Positions 49,591-62,211 of a stretch of 64,000 nucleotides of DNA are shown one piece after another. The DNA comes from Mobula hypostoma (Eukaryota), in contig NC_086100.1 in assembly GCF_963921235.1 (NCBI RefSeq), positions 199,518,001-199,582,000 of the forward strand, in the 5' to 3' direction. The position numbers and the translations under genes were made by a program. The first letter of the stretch is position 1; each line of letters starts with the position of its first letter. Under the pieces are notes generated by a model, which did no database searches, was not told the DNA's origin, and saw only the letters and a list, made by a program, of their open reading frames with translations.

Positions 49591-50980
49591 ATCACTGTTT
49601 CCTAATGGACCCTTTACCTTCAGCTCTCTATCAATTCTGGTTTATTGCACAAAACCCAGTCCAGAATAACTGATCCCCCAGTCTGCTCAACCATGAGCTG
49701 CTCTAAAACGCCATCTTGTAGGCATCTCTAATTTCCCCTTCTTGTGACCCAACACCACACAAAATGCCCTCCAAAACTGCAACACCTCACACTTCTCTGC
49801 ATTATATTCCTTCTTCCAATTTTTCAACACATTTTTCCAGCTGTCCCAGATCCCACTGCAAGCTTTGACAACCTTCCTCGCTGTCTACTGTGCTCCCAAT
49901 ATTGGTGTCATTCACAAAGTTGCTGATGCAGTTTAGCACATTATCATCCTAATCGTTGGATAAAGGTAATGAACAAGTACTCCCAGAACAACGTCCACAT
50001 TTCCACTTCACTTACACAAGTACATCCATTCCCTATTTATGCTCCCAGATTTCTGCAAAATAGCATCAAATTCCCCCTTGCCCAATTATATAATTTCCCA
50101 TAATGTTTGCTCCTATCCCTTCCCATGAGTTGTGGTCCCTGTCTCTGAAAAGCTCACCCACCAAGTCATCTGCCACCTGACCAGGTTCATTACTTAGCAC
50201 TATAGCCAGTATGGCCTCCTCTCTAGTCGTCATAGCGAAATATTTGGCCAGGAATCCTTCCTGGACATATCTGACAAATTATTTTCCATCTAAACCTTTT
50301 GCACTAAGAAGGTACCAAATAGTATTAGGGAGGTAGAATCCCCATGACAACAAACATGTTTTTTTTTGCACATTTCCAAAATCTGCCTCCTGATCTACTC
50401 CTCGGTGTCTCTGTTGTTATTGAGGTGTCTACAGAACACTCCCAATAGAGTAATTACTCCCTTCCTGTTTCTGACCTCCACTCATTCTAACTCAGTAGAC
50501 AGAGCGTCTGTAATGTTCTCCCTTTCTGCAGCAGTGACACCATCCCTGATTACCAATCCCAGTCCCTCACCCCTTTTCCCTCCCTCCTTGTCCCTTCAGA
50601 AGTATCTCAACCCTGGAATATCCAGTAGCCACTCCTGTTCTTGAAGCAGACATGTGTCCATAATGGCCACAATTTCGTCGTTCCAACTACAGACCCATGC
50701 TCTAAGTTCACTTTTGTTCTTGATTGATCTTGTATTGAAGTGGACAGACATCAACCTATCCCACTGACAGCAATTTTACCCTGTCAACTTCCTATTCTTC
50801 CTTACAGTCTCTCTACATGTTGCATCTAACTGTACACCAACTGACCCACCCTCTCACCTATCACTGTTGTTTCCATCACCCTTACGAGTTAGCTTGAACC
50901 CTCCCCAACAACCTCTAGCAAACTTACTAAGGAGGGTATTGCTCACCCTCTAGTTCCAGTGTAACCCGTCCTTTCAGTAC
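49591..50980 (-). mobile_element. Old CR1 fragments (EN/RT)
   Basis: Degenerate similarity to 13612-14200 and 46700-47500. Confidence 0.7.
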
Positions 50981-51302
50981 AGATATAATGCCCTGGTTAA
51001 GGTTTTTACTGCTCTGCCGCAGGTATTTCATTTTAGCAGTTCTGTAAGAGCAGTCTGTTCTGCTTTTAGCATGTTTGTGTTTGAGCTGAAGATAAGGGGC
51101 TATGTTGTTCAACTTGGGAAGATGATATGTACTTCACACAGACTGTGGTTCACCACACGATTAAAGACAACTTCAAGATGAGCTCCAATTTATGTGCACA
51201 GTTGGACTGGGTTAACTGAATAGGCTGTAGCGATGTGCTACACACAGCGCTAGAATAACCACACGGAGTCGGTGAGTTAGAGTTGCGATGAAAGAGATTT
51301 AT

Positions 51303-53375
51303 TCAAACATCGCGGCCCGCTTTAAAGCCTTCCCGTTCCCGCCCTCCCTGGGGCGGGACTGCTGTGGGGAATGCATATTCCCAGACACTTTCTGCGCGCA
51401 GGATTTTCCCCCTGCTGGTGAAGATGGCCTGGCGCCCTTTTTGGGGCCGGCCCTCTGCCTGCGCGCGCTGTTGTGAGCCGGTTCGTGGGTGCCAGAAAGT
51501 GGGTCGCCACATAACCCCCCCCACCCCAGAACCGGCGATACATCCCCCAATATCCACAGTCTGGATCGGCTTCTGTTTGGGAGGTCTGCCTCTGCGCCGC
51601 GGTGCCTGAACCTGAACCGGCTGCGCCAAGTCCACATGGGCCGGTTTGAGTCGGTCCACCGTGAAAACCTCCTCTCTCCCCCCAATGTCCAGCACGAACA
51701 TGGAGCCGTTGTTCCTGATCACCTTAAACGGTCCCTCGTAGGGCCGCTGTAGCGGTGCCCGGTGTCCGCCCCGTCGTACAAAAAGAAACTTACAGTTCTG
51801 CAGGTCTTTGGGTACGCAGGTCGGGCTCTGTCCGTGCTGTGAAGTGGGTATGGGGGCCAGGTTACCGAGCCTCTCTCGTAGTCTGTCCAGGACTGCTGTG
51901 GGTTCTTCCTCTTGCCCCCTTGGGGCTGGTATGAACTCTCCTGGGACTACCAGGGGTGCGCCGTACACCAACTCGGCCGACGAGGTGTGCAGATCCTCCT
52001 TGGGCGCCGTGCGGATTCCGAGCAGGACCCAGGGAAGCTCGTCCACCCAGTTAGGCCCCTCCAGGTGGGCCATGAGAGCCGATTTCAGGTGACGGTGGAA
52101 GTGCTCCACTAGTCCGTTCGACTGTGGGTGGTAGGCAGTTGTGTGGTGTAGCTGTGTTCCTAAAAGGCTGGCCATAGCCGACCACAGGCTGGAGGTGAAC
52201 TGTGCTCCCCTGTCGGAGGTAATGTGGGCCGGTACCCCAAAGCGGGCTACCCAGGTTGCGATCAGTGCTCGGGCGCAGGATTCGGAAGTGGTGTCGGTGA
52301 GCGGGACTGCCTCTGGCCATCTGGTGAACCGGTCTATCATAGTTAGGAGGTACCGCGCTCCTCGTGACACTGGCAGGGGCCCCACGACATCCACATGGAT
52401 GTGGTCGAACCTCCGGCGGGTTGGTTCGAACCGCTGCGGCGGAGCCTTGGTGTGCCGCTGCATCTTGGCCGTTTGGCATTGCATACACGTTTTGGCCCAT
52501 TCACTGACCTGTTTACGCAGTCCATGCCACACGAACGTGTTGGAGACCAGCCGGACAGTTGTCCTGATGGAGGGGTGCGCTAAGTTGTGAATGGATTCGA
52601 ACACCCGCCGGCGCCAGGCTGCTGGGACGACGGGGCGGGGTTGGCCGGTAGCTACGTCACATAGTAGGGTCCTCTCACCTGGGCCTACGGGGAGGTCTTG
52701 GAGCTGTAAACCGGAGACTGCAGTCCTGTAACTGGGGATCTCAGTGTCTGCCTGCTGTGCCTCTGCCAGCGCTGCATAGTCCACCCCCTGGGACAGGGCC
52801 TGTATGGTAGGTCTGGAAAGTGCGTCTGCCACGACATTGTTCTTTCCAGAGACATGCCGGATGTCCGTCGTGTACTCGGAGATGTAGGACAAATGTCGCT
52901 GCTGGCGGGACGGCCAGGGGTCGGACACCTTCGTGAACGCAAAGGTAAGCGGTTTGTGGTCTGTGAACGCGGTGAAGGGCCTACCTTCTAAGAAGTACCT
53001 GAAATGCCGGATTGCCAGGTATAGTGCCAATAGCTCCCGGTCGAAAGCACTGTATTTGAGTTCGGGTGGTCGTAGGTGTTTGCTGAAGAACGCCAGGGTT
53101 TGCCAGCGACCCTCGATGAATTGTTCCAGCACTCCACCGACCGCTGTGTTGGATGCGTCCACCGTGAGGGCAGTAGGAACGTCCGTTCTGGGGTGCACTA
53201 GCATCGCGGCGTTTGCCAAGGCTTCTTTGGTTTTAACGAAAGCGGTTGCGGCCTCTTCGTTCCAGGTAATGTCCTTGCCCTTACCCGACATTAGAGTGAA
53301 CAGGGATCGCATGGTTCGGGCTGCTGAGGGGAGGAAACGGTGGTAGAAATTCACCATACCCACGAATTCCTGCAA
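51303..53375 (-). CDS. Gypsy RNase H-integrase (continuation of the polyprotein after the frameshift)
   Basis: 690-aa ORF with DAS, DRELLA, TDHKPL, SDRGAQF, PYEGPF; reads on into the LTR. Confidence 0.85.
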   Translation of the reverse strand: MQEFVGMVNFYHRFLPSAARTMRSLFTLMSGKGKDITWNEEAATAFVKTKEALANAAMLVHPRTDVPTALTVDASNTAVGGVLEQFIEGRWQTLAFFSKHLRPPELKYSAFDRELLALYLAIRHFRYFLEGRPFTAFTDHKPLTFAFTKVSDPWPSRQQRHLSYISEYTTDIRHVSGKNNVVADALSRPTIQALSQGVDYAALAEAQQADTEIPSYRTAVSGLQLQDLPVGPGERTLLCDVATGQPRPVVPAAWRRRVFESIHNLAHPSIRTTVRLVSNTFVWHGLRKQVSEWAKTCMQCQTAKMQRHTKAPPQRFEPTRRRFDHIHVDVVGPLPVSRGARYLLTMIDRFTRWPEAVPLTDTTSESCARALIATWVARFGVPAHITSDRGAQFTSSLWSAMASLLGTQLHHTTAYHPQSNGLVEHFHRHLKSALMAHLEGPNWVDELPWVLLGIRTAPKEDLHTSSAELVYGAPLVVPGEFIPAPRGQEEEPTAVLDRLRERLGNLAPIPTSQHGQSPTCVPKDLQNCKFLFVRRGGHRAPLQRPYEGPFKVIRNNGSMFVLDIGGREEVFTVDRLKPAHVDLAQPVQVQAPRRRGRPPKQKPIQTVDIGGCIAGSGVGGVMWRPTFWHPRTGSQQRAQAEGRPQKGRQAIFTSRGKILRAESVWEYAFPTAVPPQGGREREGFKAGRDV

Positions 53376-55306
53376 GCCTTTGTGTTGGGTCGGGGGAAGT
53401 TGCGGACCGCGTCTACCTTGGCGGGCAGCGGGGTTGCCCCGTCTTTAGTAATCCTGTGGCCCAGGAAGTCGATGGTGTCGAGTCCGAACTGGCATTTGGC
53501 TGGATTGATTGTAAGGCCGAATTCACTCAGGCGGGAGTAGAGCTGGCGGAGGTGGGACAGATGCTCCTGCCGACTACTGCTGGCTATGAGGATGTCGTCC
53601 AAATAGATGAATGCAAAGTCCAGGTCGCGTCCCACCGCGTCCCTTAGCCGCTGGAAAGTCTGTGCGGCATTCTTTAGATCAAACGGCATTCGGAGGAATT
53701 CGAAAAGTCCGAACGGGGTGATAAGTGCTGTTTTGGGGATGTTGTCCGGATGTACAGGGATTTGATGGTATCCCCGGACGAGGTCTACCTTGGAAAAGAT
53801 CCTTGCGCCGTGTAGGTTTGCTGCGAAGTCTTGAATGTGCGGCACAGGGTAGCAGTCTGGCGTTGTAGCCTCGTTCAGTCTGCGGTAGTCACCGCATGGT
53901 CTCCAGCCCCCCGTTGCTTTGGGCACCATGTGAAGGCGGGAGACCCATGGGCTGTCGGACCGTCGTATGATCCCTAATTCCTCCATCTTCTTCGCCAGTC
54001 GGAGCTTGTCCGGGGGAAGCCTTCGAGCACGGGCGTGGAGGGGTGGTCCCTGGGTCGGGATGTGGTGCTGTACTCCGTGTCTGGGCATGGCTGCCGTGAA
54101 CTGCGGTGTCAGTACTGATGGGAAATCCGCCAGGACCCTGGTGAATTCATCGTCGGACAGCGTGATGGAGTCCAGGTGTGGGGCTGGCAACTGTGCTTCA
54201 CCCAGGGAGAACGTTTGAAAAGTCTTGGCGTGGACTAATCGCTTCCCTTGCAAGTCGACCAGCAGGCTGTGGGCTCGTAGAAAATCCGCCCCCAGCAGTG
54301 GTTGGGCCACGGCGGCCAGTGTGAAGTCCCACGTGAACCGGCTGGAGCTGAACTGTAGCCGCACCGTGCGGGTGCCGTAGGTTCGTATTGTGCTGCCATT
54401 AGCGGCCCTCAGGGTGGCTCCCGGTTCTCTGTTGCGGGTGTCGTAACTCGTTGGAGGTAAGACGCTGATCTCCGCTCCGGTGTCGACCAAAAAGCGGCGT
54501 CCCGACTGCTTGTCCCAGACGTACAGGAGGCTGTCCTGATGGCCAGCCGCTGTAGCGATCGGCAGCGGCTGGGTCTTGGCGTTTCCCGGGAATTTGCAGG
54601 GCGGTCTGCAGCGGCGGGCCTCCGTGCCCCACCGCTGGTGGTAGAAACACCATTGTTCGTTGGGCTCCTCACTCCCGTCGCCGGGTTTTGTAGGCTCTGC
54701 TGCCGGGCCTGGTCTGGTCTGTCGTTGGGCACGCGGCTTGGTGATCTGTGCGACGGGCGCCCCTCTCTCTTTCCTGGCATTCCACAGCACATCTGCTCGG
54801 GCCGCCACCTCCCGGGGGTTGCTGAAATCTGCGTCGGACAGCAGCAGGCACATGTCCTCGGGCGGTTGCTCTAGGAACGCCTGCTCAAACATGAGGCAGG
54901 GTTTGTGTCCTTCAGCCAGGGCCAGCATCTCGTTCATTAATGCTGACGGCGGCCTGTCTCCCAAACCATCCAGGTGCATTAAGCGGCGTGCTCGTTCGCG
55001 CCGTGAGAGTCCGAAAGTCCTTATGAGCAGGGCTTTGAATGCTGTGTATTTGCCGTCCTCCGGGGGCGACTGTATAAACTCCTCAACTTGTGCAGCAGTC
55101 TCCTGGTCGAGGGAGCTCAGCATGTAGTAGTAGCGAGTGGACTCCGAGGTTATCTGCCGAATGTGGAATTGTGCTTCTGATTGTTCGAACCATAAATGGG
55201 CTCGCAGCGTCCAGAAGCTTGGCAGTTTTAACGAAACTGCGTGAACAGATGCAGCGTCGGTCATCTCTGGTCCAAATATCGTTTGGGCTGTCGGTGTGCT
55301 ACACAC
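53351..55306 (-). CDS. Gypsy Gag-PR-RT polyprotein (likely true start MTDAA at ~55264; ends in a frameshift)
   Basis: 651-aa ORF with [25 protein letters not shown]. Confidence 0.85.
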   Translation of the reverse strand: MCSTPTAQTIFGPEMTDAASVHAVSLKLPSFWTLRAHLWFEQSEAQFHIRQITSESTRYYYMLSSLDQETAAQVEEFIQSPPEDGKYTAFKALLIRTFGLSRRERARRLMHLDGLGDRPPSALMNEMLALAEGHKPCLMFEQAFLEQPPEDMCLLLSDADFSNPREVAARADVLWNARKERGAPVAQITKPRAQRQTRPGPAAEPTKPGDGSEEPNEQWCFYHQRWGTEARRCRPPCKFPGNAKTQPLPIATAAGHQDSLLYVWDKQSGRRFLVDTGAEISVLPPTSYDTRNREPGATLRAANGSTIRTYGTRTVRLQFSSSRFTWDFTLAAVAQPLLGADFLRAHSLLVDLQGKRLVHAKTFQTFSLGEAQLPAPHLDSITLSDDEFTRVLADFPSVLTPQFTAAMPRHGVQHHIPTQGPPLHARARRLPPDKLRLAKKMEELGIIRRSDSPWVSRLHMVPKATGGWRPCGDYRRLNEATTPDCYPVPHIQDFAANLHGARIFSKVDLVRGYHQIPVHPDNIPKTALITPFGLFEFLRMPFDLKNAAQTFQRLRDAVGRDLDFAFIYLDDILIASSSRQEHLSHLRQLYSRLSEFGLTINPAKCQFGLDTIDFLGHRITKDGATPLPAKVDAVRNFPRPNTKACRNSWVW

Positions 55307-56012
55307 AGTGCTAGAATAACCACACGGAGTCGGTGAGTTAGAGTTGCGATGAAAGAGATTTATTCAAATTTCGCAGCCTGCTTTAAAGCCTTCCCGTTCC
55401 CGCCCTCCCTGGGCGGGACTGCCGTGGGGAATGCATATTCCCAGACACTTTCCGCGCGGGATTTTCCCCCTGCTGGTGAAGATGGCCTGGCGCCCTTTTT
55501 GCTGCCGGCCCTCTGCGTGCGCGCGCTGTTTCGTGAGCCGGTTCGTGTGTGCCAGAAAGTGGGTCGCCACAAGGCCCTTTTTATTCTTTTATTTTTCCTA
55601 CTAATTGTTCGCTAAAGCTGACATTTGTAAATCTACTTCCTTTATAATTGTATGCAGTAAATGATCTGTTATTTCTTGTTGACAGGTAATTGCAAGTGGA
55701 CAGTGTTTACACAGTATTCACTAAGATTAGGGAGCGTGTAGTTGAAACATCCCAGCTCTCTCGGTCTGGTGGGACCCAAGTCATATCGATCCTAGTAGGT
55801 GATTCTAATTTTCCATATATTGACTGGGACGCCCTTAGAGCAAATGGACTAGATGGGATAGAGTTCGTCAAATGTGCGCAGTAAAGTTTCCTAAATCAGT
55901 ACATACAGTAGAAGTCCCAACGGAGAGTGTTTGTTACTTGATCTGCTCTTTGGGAATGACAGAGGGCAGGTAATAGAAGTTTGTGTAGGGGAACACTTTG
56001 CATCTAGTGATA

Positions 56013-56572
56013 GTAGTCATAGTCATAGTCATACTTTATTGATCCCAGGGGAAACTGGTTTTCATTACAGTTGCACCATAAATAATTAAATAGTAACATG
56101 TAAATTATGCCAGGAAATAAGTCCAGGACCAGCCTGTTGGCTCAGGGTGTCTGACCCTTCAAGGGAGGAGTTGTAAAGTTTGATGGCCACAGGCAGGAAT
56201 GACTTCCTATGACGCTCTGTGCTGCATCTCGGTGGATGAGTCTCTGGCTGAATGTACTCCTGTGCCCAACCAGTACATTATGTAGTGGATGGGAGACATT
56301 GACCAAGATGGTATGCAACTTGGACAGCATCCTCTTTTCAGACACCACCGTCAGAGAGTCCAGTTCCATCCCCACAACATCACTGGCCTTACGAATGAGT
56401 TTGTTGATTCTGTTGGTGTCTGCTACCCTCAGCCTGCTGCCCCAGCACACAACAGCAAACATGATCGCACTGGCCACCACAGACTCGTAGAACATCCTCA
56501 GCATCGTCCGACAGATGTTAAAGGACCTCAGTCTCCTCAGGAAGTAGAGATGGCTCTGACCGTTCTTGTAGA
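56013..56572 (-). mobile_element. Rex1/Babar-type LINE 3' fragment inside a CR1 EN fragment (55793-56715, +)
   Basis: MFYESVVASAIMFAVVCWG..INKLIRKA; (CATAGT)n tail. Confidence 0.88.
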
Positions 56573-56719
56573 CCCTTCTTGATCACAATACCATTAGTCT
56601 CAAAGTAAATACGTAAAGATAGGTCAGACCCACGGGTTGAGATTCTAAATTGGAGAAAGGCCATTGTTGATGGTATCAGAAAGGATCTGGTATGTCTGGA
56701 GTGGGTCAGGTTGTTTTAA

Positions 56720-58390
56720 GACCAGATGACATCGCAGAAGATTTAGGCCATTTGGCCCATTGAGTCTGCTCCAACATGTCATCATGGCTGGTCCATTTTT
56801 CCTCTCAGTCCCAATCTCCTGGCTTCTTCCCGTATCCTTTCATGCCCTGACCAATCAAGACATTACAGGAACTGTTGGGACTTTGGCAAGATCAGGCTAA
56901 GAGTGCTGCCTTAAATATACATACAGGCTTTGCCTCTACATCTACCTGTGGCAATGAATTCCACAGATTCACCATCTGCTGGATAAAGAAATTCCTCCTC
57001 GTCTGTTCTAAAAGGGTGCCTTTCTTTTCTGAGTCTATGTCCTCTGGTCTTAGACTCTCCCACATTTGGAAACATCTCTCCAATAGAAGACGGCAGAGTT
57101 TAGTTATGATGGTGCTAAGTGGCAACTTCTGTGCTTGCATCTTCAGAAACAGCTCTATTTGCATCTTTAATATCTCTATCTTTCCCTTTCACGGTTCTTT
57201 GACCTGGAGTTAAACGTTGACTTTGGTTCTTTGCGGGAATGGGACCTGTTCTCATGGTTTCATGACTGGCCACTATTTGACACGCTAAGAATGTGGCCTA
57301 AGAGCTTCACTCGCCTTCGGAGGTTTGGGATTTTGTGGCTCAGGACACAGGCGGATTGAAGGTCAGTGTTCCGGCAGGAAATCGGTGTATCGTGGGAATT
57401 GGAAGATTGCTGGCTGTGTGCCCAGAGACCTGAGATCTTTGGACACAGAGCTCAGAAAAAGTGATGCAACCGACTTTTAACATTGTAAACCAGCGAGCTG
57501 TTTGTTATGTCTCCCGTCTCGCTGTGAAATGGAGACATCGGCTTCTCCCTTATTAGGGAGAGAGAGCCTGTGGTATGTTGAATACCAGGTGAAGGAGTAG
57601 ACTTCATGGTACTGCAAGTCTGTGTCTTTGCTGTTGCTTTGCAGCATGCTTGAGTGCTCGGTGGTGGGTGCCGATGGTCTTTTTTGCTGGTGGGGGGGGG
57701 GATCGTTGCTTTGCTGCTGCTTACGTGCAGGAAGGAGGGGAGCTGGGGGGGGACTTTGGGGTTCTAACATTTAACTGTTATTCACTGTTTGGGGGCACTC
57801 CTCTGTTTTCATGGATGTTTGCAAAGAAAAAACATTTCAGGATGTACATTGTATACATTTCTCTGACATTAAATATACCTTTGAAATCCATTCGATCAAA
57901 GACTTTCACCATTCGATAGGTTTCAATGAGGTCACGTCTCATTTTTCTGAAAACTTGTGAATACAGGCCCAGAGACATCAAATGCTCCTTATGACAAACC
58001 ATTCAATCCTAGAATCATTTTCGTGAACCTCCTTCGAAACCTCTCCAGTTTCAATACATCCTTTCTAAGATCAGGGGTTCACAATACTCCAAGTCAGGCC
58101 TCACCAGTGTTTATGTTTCAACATTATCTTCTTGCTTTTATATTCTAGTCCTCTTGAAATTACTGCTGATATTGCATTTTCCTTCCTCACCACAGATTCA
58201 ACCTGTAAATTAAACTTTAGGGAATCCTGCACAAGGACACCCAAGTCCCTTGGACTTCAGTTTTTTTTTGTATTTTCTCTCTATTTAGAAAATAGTCAAC
58301 CGTTTCTCTTCTTCTACCAAAGTGCATGACCATACACTTCCCAACACGATATTCCAACTGCTATTTGTTTGCCCATTCTCCTAACCTTTT
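56720..58390 (-). mobile_element. CR1 3' fragment split by an unclassified ~0.8-kb non-coding insertion (57086-57887)
   Basis: RRNFFIQQMVNLWNSLP left of the insert, LGLYS..RRDLIETY right of it. The insert ends in a TTTGAA-type tail. Confidence 0.75.
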
Positions 58391-58419
58391 CTGGCAAACA
58401 TGTACTTGGTAGAAAGATA

Positions 58420-60570
58420 GAAAACCGGCATCACGATACAGCCCCTTCGGCCCACAATGCTGTGCCGAACATGTACTTGCTTTAGAAATTACCTGCGGTT
58501 ACCAATTGCCCTCTACTTTTCTGAGCTTCTTGTACCTATCCAGGAGTCTGTTCAGAGACCGTATCATATCCGCCTCCACCACCGTAATCGGCAGCCCATT
58601 CCACGCACTTACCACCCTCTGCGTAAAAATTTACCCCTGACATCTCCTCTGTACCTACTTCCAAGCACCTTAAAATTGTGCCCTCTCGTGTTAGCCATTT
58701 CAGCCTTGGGAAAAAGCCTCTGGCTATCCAAATGATCAGTGCCCCTCATCATCTTCTATACCTCTATCAGATCAACTCTCGTCCTCCATCGCTCCAAGGA
58801 GAAAAGACCGAGTTCACTCAACCTATTCTCATAGGGCGTGCTCCCCAATCCAGGCAACATCCTTGTAAATCTCCACATCCTTCCTGTAGTAAGGTGACCA
58901 GAACTGAGCACAGTTCTGACCAGGGTCCTATAAAGCTGTAACGTTATCTCTCGGCTCTTAAACTCAATCCCATGGTTGATGTAGGGCAATGCATCGTATG
59001 CCTTCTTAACCAGTCAGTCAACCTACGCAGCAGCTTTGATTGTCCTGTGGACTCCAAGATCCCTCTGATCCTCCACACTGCCAAGAGTCTTACCATTAAT
59101 ACTATAGTATTGTGCCATCATATTTGGCCTACCAAAATGAACCACCTCACACTTATCGAGGATGAACTTCTTCTACCACTTCTCAGCCCAGTTTTGCATC
59201 CTATCAATGTCCCGCTGTAACCTCTGACAGCCCTCCACACTATCCACAAAAACCTCCAACCTTTGTGTCATCAGCACACTTACTAACCCATCCCTCCACT
59301 TCCTCATCCAGGTCACTTACAAAAATCACGAAGAGTAAAGGTCCCAGAACAGATCCCTGAGGCATCCCACTGGTCACTGACCTCCATGCAGAATATGTCC
59401 CGTCGACATCCACTCTTTGCCTTCATGGTGTTCACCTTTCTTGCAGCTGTGACACCATCTCTGATCAACAGTGCCACACCCCCAACTCTTTTACCTCCCT
59501 TCCTGTCCTTTCTGAAACATCTAAAACCAGGCACTTGAAGTAACTATTCCTGTCCCTGACCCATCCAAGCCTCTGTAATGGCCACCACACCATAATTCCA
59601 AGTACTGATCCACGCTCTAAGCTCATTCGCTTTGTTCACAACACTCCATGCGTTAAAATAGACGCATCTCAAACCTTTGGTCTGAGCGCATCCCTTCTCT
59701 ATCACCTGCCTATCCTCCCTCTCGCACTGTCTACAAGCTTTCTCTATTTGTGAGCCAACTTCCTCTTCCCCAGTCTCTTCAGTTCGGTTCCCACCCACCA
59801 ACAATTCTAGTTTAAACTCTCCCCAGCAGTCTTAGCAAACCCTCCCGCCAGGATATTGGTCCCCCTGGGATTCAAGTGCAATCCATCCTTTTTGTACAGG
59901 TCACACCTGCCCCAAAAGAGGTCTCAATGATCCAGAAATCTGAATCCCTGCCCCCTGCTCCAATCCTTCAGCCACGCGTTTATCCTCCACATTATTCTAT
60001 TCCTACTCTCCAGAAGAGACGGGATGTGATGCTGAGGCTTTATAAGGCACTGAACCGGCCTCACTTGGAGTATCGTGAGTAGTTTGGGGCCCTTATCTTA
60101 GAAAGGATGTGCTGACACCAGAGAGGGTTAAAAGGAGGTTCAGGAAAATTATTTTGGGATTGGAAGGCTTGTCATTTGAAGAGATGGCATTGGAATTTGG
60201 AAGAATTAGGGGTGACCTCATTGAAATCTTGATGGGCCTCAATAGAGTGAATGTGAGGATGCTTCCTATGGTAGGAGAGTCAATGACCAGAGGACACAGC
60301 CTCAGAATAGAGGTGAGGAGGGATTTATTTCATCAGAGAGTGGTGAATCTGTGGAATTTGTTGCCACAGGTGGCTGTGGATGCTGAGTCTTTACGTATAT
60401 TTAACGCAGAGTTTGCTAGATTCTTGATTGGTCAGGGCATGAAGGGAAACGGGGAGAAGGCAGGAGATTGGGACTGAGGGGAAATATGGATCAGCTATGA
60501 TGAAATGGTGCAGCAAACTCGATGGGCAAAATATCCTAATTCTGCTTCTCCAGCTGATGGTCTTATGGTC
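58420..60570. mobile_element. CR1 fragments (minus 58420-60008; plus 60009-60570)
   Basis: LFSLERWR, YFNAWSVVNK..AITEAW, LYKALNRPHLEY, RVVNLWN. Confidence 0.85.
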
Positions 60571-60584
60571 TTATTTCAGAGGGT

Positions 60585-61525
60585 CTCCCTCTCAGGACCC
60601 AGCACATAAGTGCAAATGTGTAGAAAACGTGGCAGTGGCTCTAGTTCCTGAGAAGTTTCTGAAGATTCAGCATGTCGTCTGAAACTTTGACAAAGTACAA
60701 CAGATTTCTGGTGGAGAATATATTGATGAGATGGATCATGGCCTGGTGTGGAAACAATAATGCCCTTGAATGGAAAATCCTTCAAAAAATAGTGGAGTCC
60801 ATCATGGGTTAAAACCTCCCCAGCGTTAAGCATGTCTACACAAGCATCGTCACAAGAAAGCAGCATCCATTATTAGCCCCACCCAGGACATTTTCTCTGC
60901 ACGCTACTGCCATCAGGTAGAAGATACAGGAGTCTCAGGCCTCACACCACCAGGTTCAGGAATAGTTATCACCCCTCAACCATTAGGGTCCTGAACCAGT
61001 GGGGGTTAACTTTACTCGCCCCATCATTGAACTGTTTCCCTAATCTATGGACACACTTTCATGGACTCGTTATCTCATGTTCCCAATAGTTATTGCTTAT
61101 TCATTTATTATTGTTATTTCTTTGTTTGTATTTGCATAGTTTGTTGTCTTTTGCAGATTGGTTGTTCATCCGACCTTTTGGTCTTTCATTGATCCTATTA
61201 TGTTTCTTCAATCCTCGTCACTATCTGAAAGGAGTGTGTATGTTCTCCCCATGACCATGTATGTTTACTCTGGGTGCTATGGTTTTCTCCCACAGTCCAA
61301 AGATGTGCCATTTGGTTGATTAATTGTTCATTATAAATTGTCCCGCATGATTAGGCAAGGGTTAAATTGGGGGATGCTGCCTGGCATGGCTCAAAATGCC
61401 GGAGGGACCTATTCTGTGCTGTATCTCAGTGAATTTACTGTGAATGCCCACAAAAAGCAAATCTCAGCGTTATACATGGTTATATATATGTACTTTCAGA
61501 ATAAATTTACTTGGAACTTTAACTT
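60585..61525 (+). mobile_element. Rex/Babar 3' part containing a V-SINE (61215-61425)
   Basis: LLPSGRRYRSLR..TRFRNS; V-domain TTCTCCCACAGTCCAAAGATGTG. Confidence 0.75.
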
Positions 61526-61529
61526 TGGC

Positions 61530-62210
61530 TGAAAATTGCAAATGTCAGTCCACTCTTTAAAAAGGAGGGAGGCAGAAGAAAGAATATTATAGACCAGTTA
61601 GTCTGACTTCATTAGTTGGAAAGATGTTGGAGACCATTATTAAGGATGAGATTTTGGAATATTTGGAAGCACGTGAGTCCAAAGTCAGCATGGTTTTCTC
61701 AAAGGAAAATCTTACCTGACAAATCTTGTGGAATTCTGAGGAAATAACAAGCAGGATAGACAAAGGGGAATCAGTTGATGTTGTGTATTCGGATTTTCAG
61801 AAGGCCTTAGAGAAGGCGACACATATGAGGCTGCTTAACAAGCTATGAGCCCATGATGTCACGGGAAAGATACTAGCATGGATAAAGCAGTGGCTGATTG
61901 GCTGGAGGCAAAGAGTGGGAATAAATGGAGCCTTTTCTGGTTGGCTGCCAGAGACTGGTACTGTCCCGTGGTTACGGGTATTGGGACGACTTCTTTCCAC
62001 GTTATATGTCAGCGGTGGATGATGGAATTAATAGTTTTATGGCCAAGCTTGTAGACGATATGAAGATAGGTGGAGGTGCAAGTAGTGTCGTGGATGTAGG
62101 GAGCCTGCAGAAGGACTTAGATACATTGGAGAATGGGCAAGAAGTAATAGCCAGAATATAATTTGGGGAAGTGTATGGTCATGCACTTTGGTAGAAAGAA
62201 TAAAGGCATG
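61530..62210 (+). mobile_element. CR1 RT fragment
   Basis: YRPVSLTSLVGKML, QHGFLKGKS, DDMKIGG. Confidence 0.8.
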
Positions 62211-62211
62211 G

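Larger units (their letters stand above)
51226..55571 (-). mobile_element. Near-complete Gypsy LTR retrotransposon, CsRN1-type
   Basis: LTRs 51226-51511 and 55295-55571; 4-bp TSD AGGC (51222-51225, 55572-55575); PPT next to 51512; gag LKLPSFW..WF..EAQF with CHCC motif; DTGA protease; YLDD RT; RNase H; HHCC/DDE/GPF integrase. Confidence 0.97.

Noticed and set aside
51117..51190. C/D box snoRNA
   Set aside because: Box C and D matches are imperfect (ATGATAT, ATGA) and I recognise no rRNA guide.
45203..55127. Plus-strand ORFs over the CR1 and Gypsy elements (e.g. 46706..47482, 52141..52590, 54660..55127)
   Set aside because: Antisense shadows of TE coding sequence.
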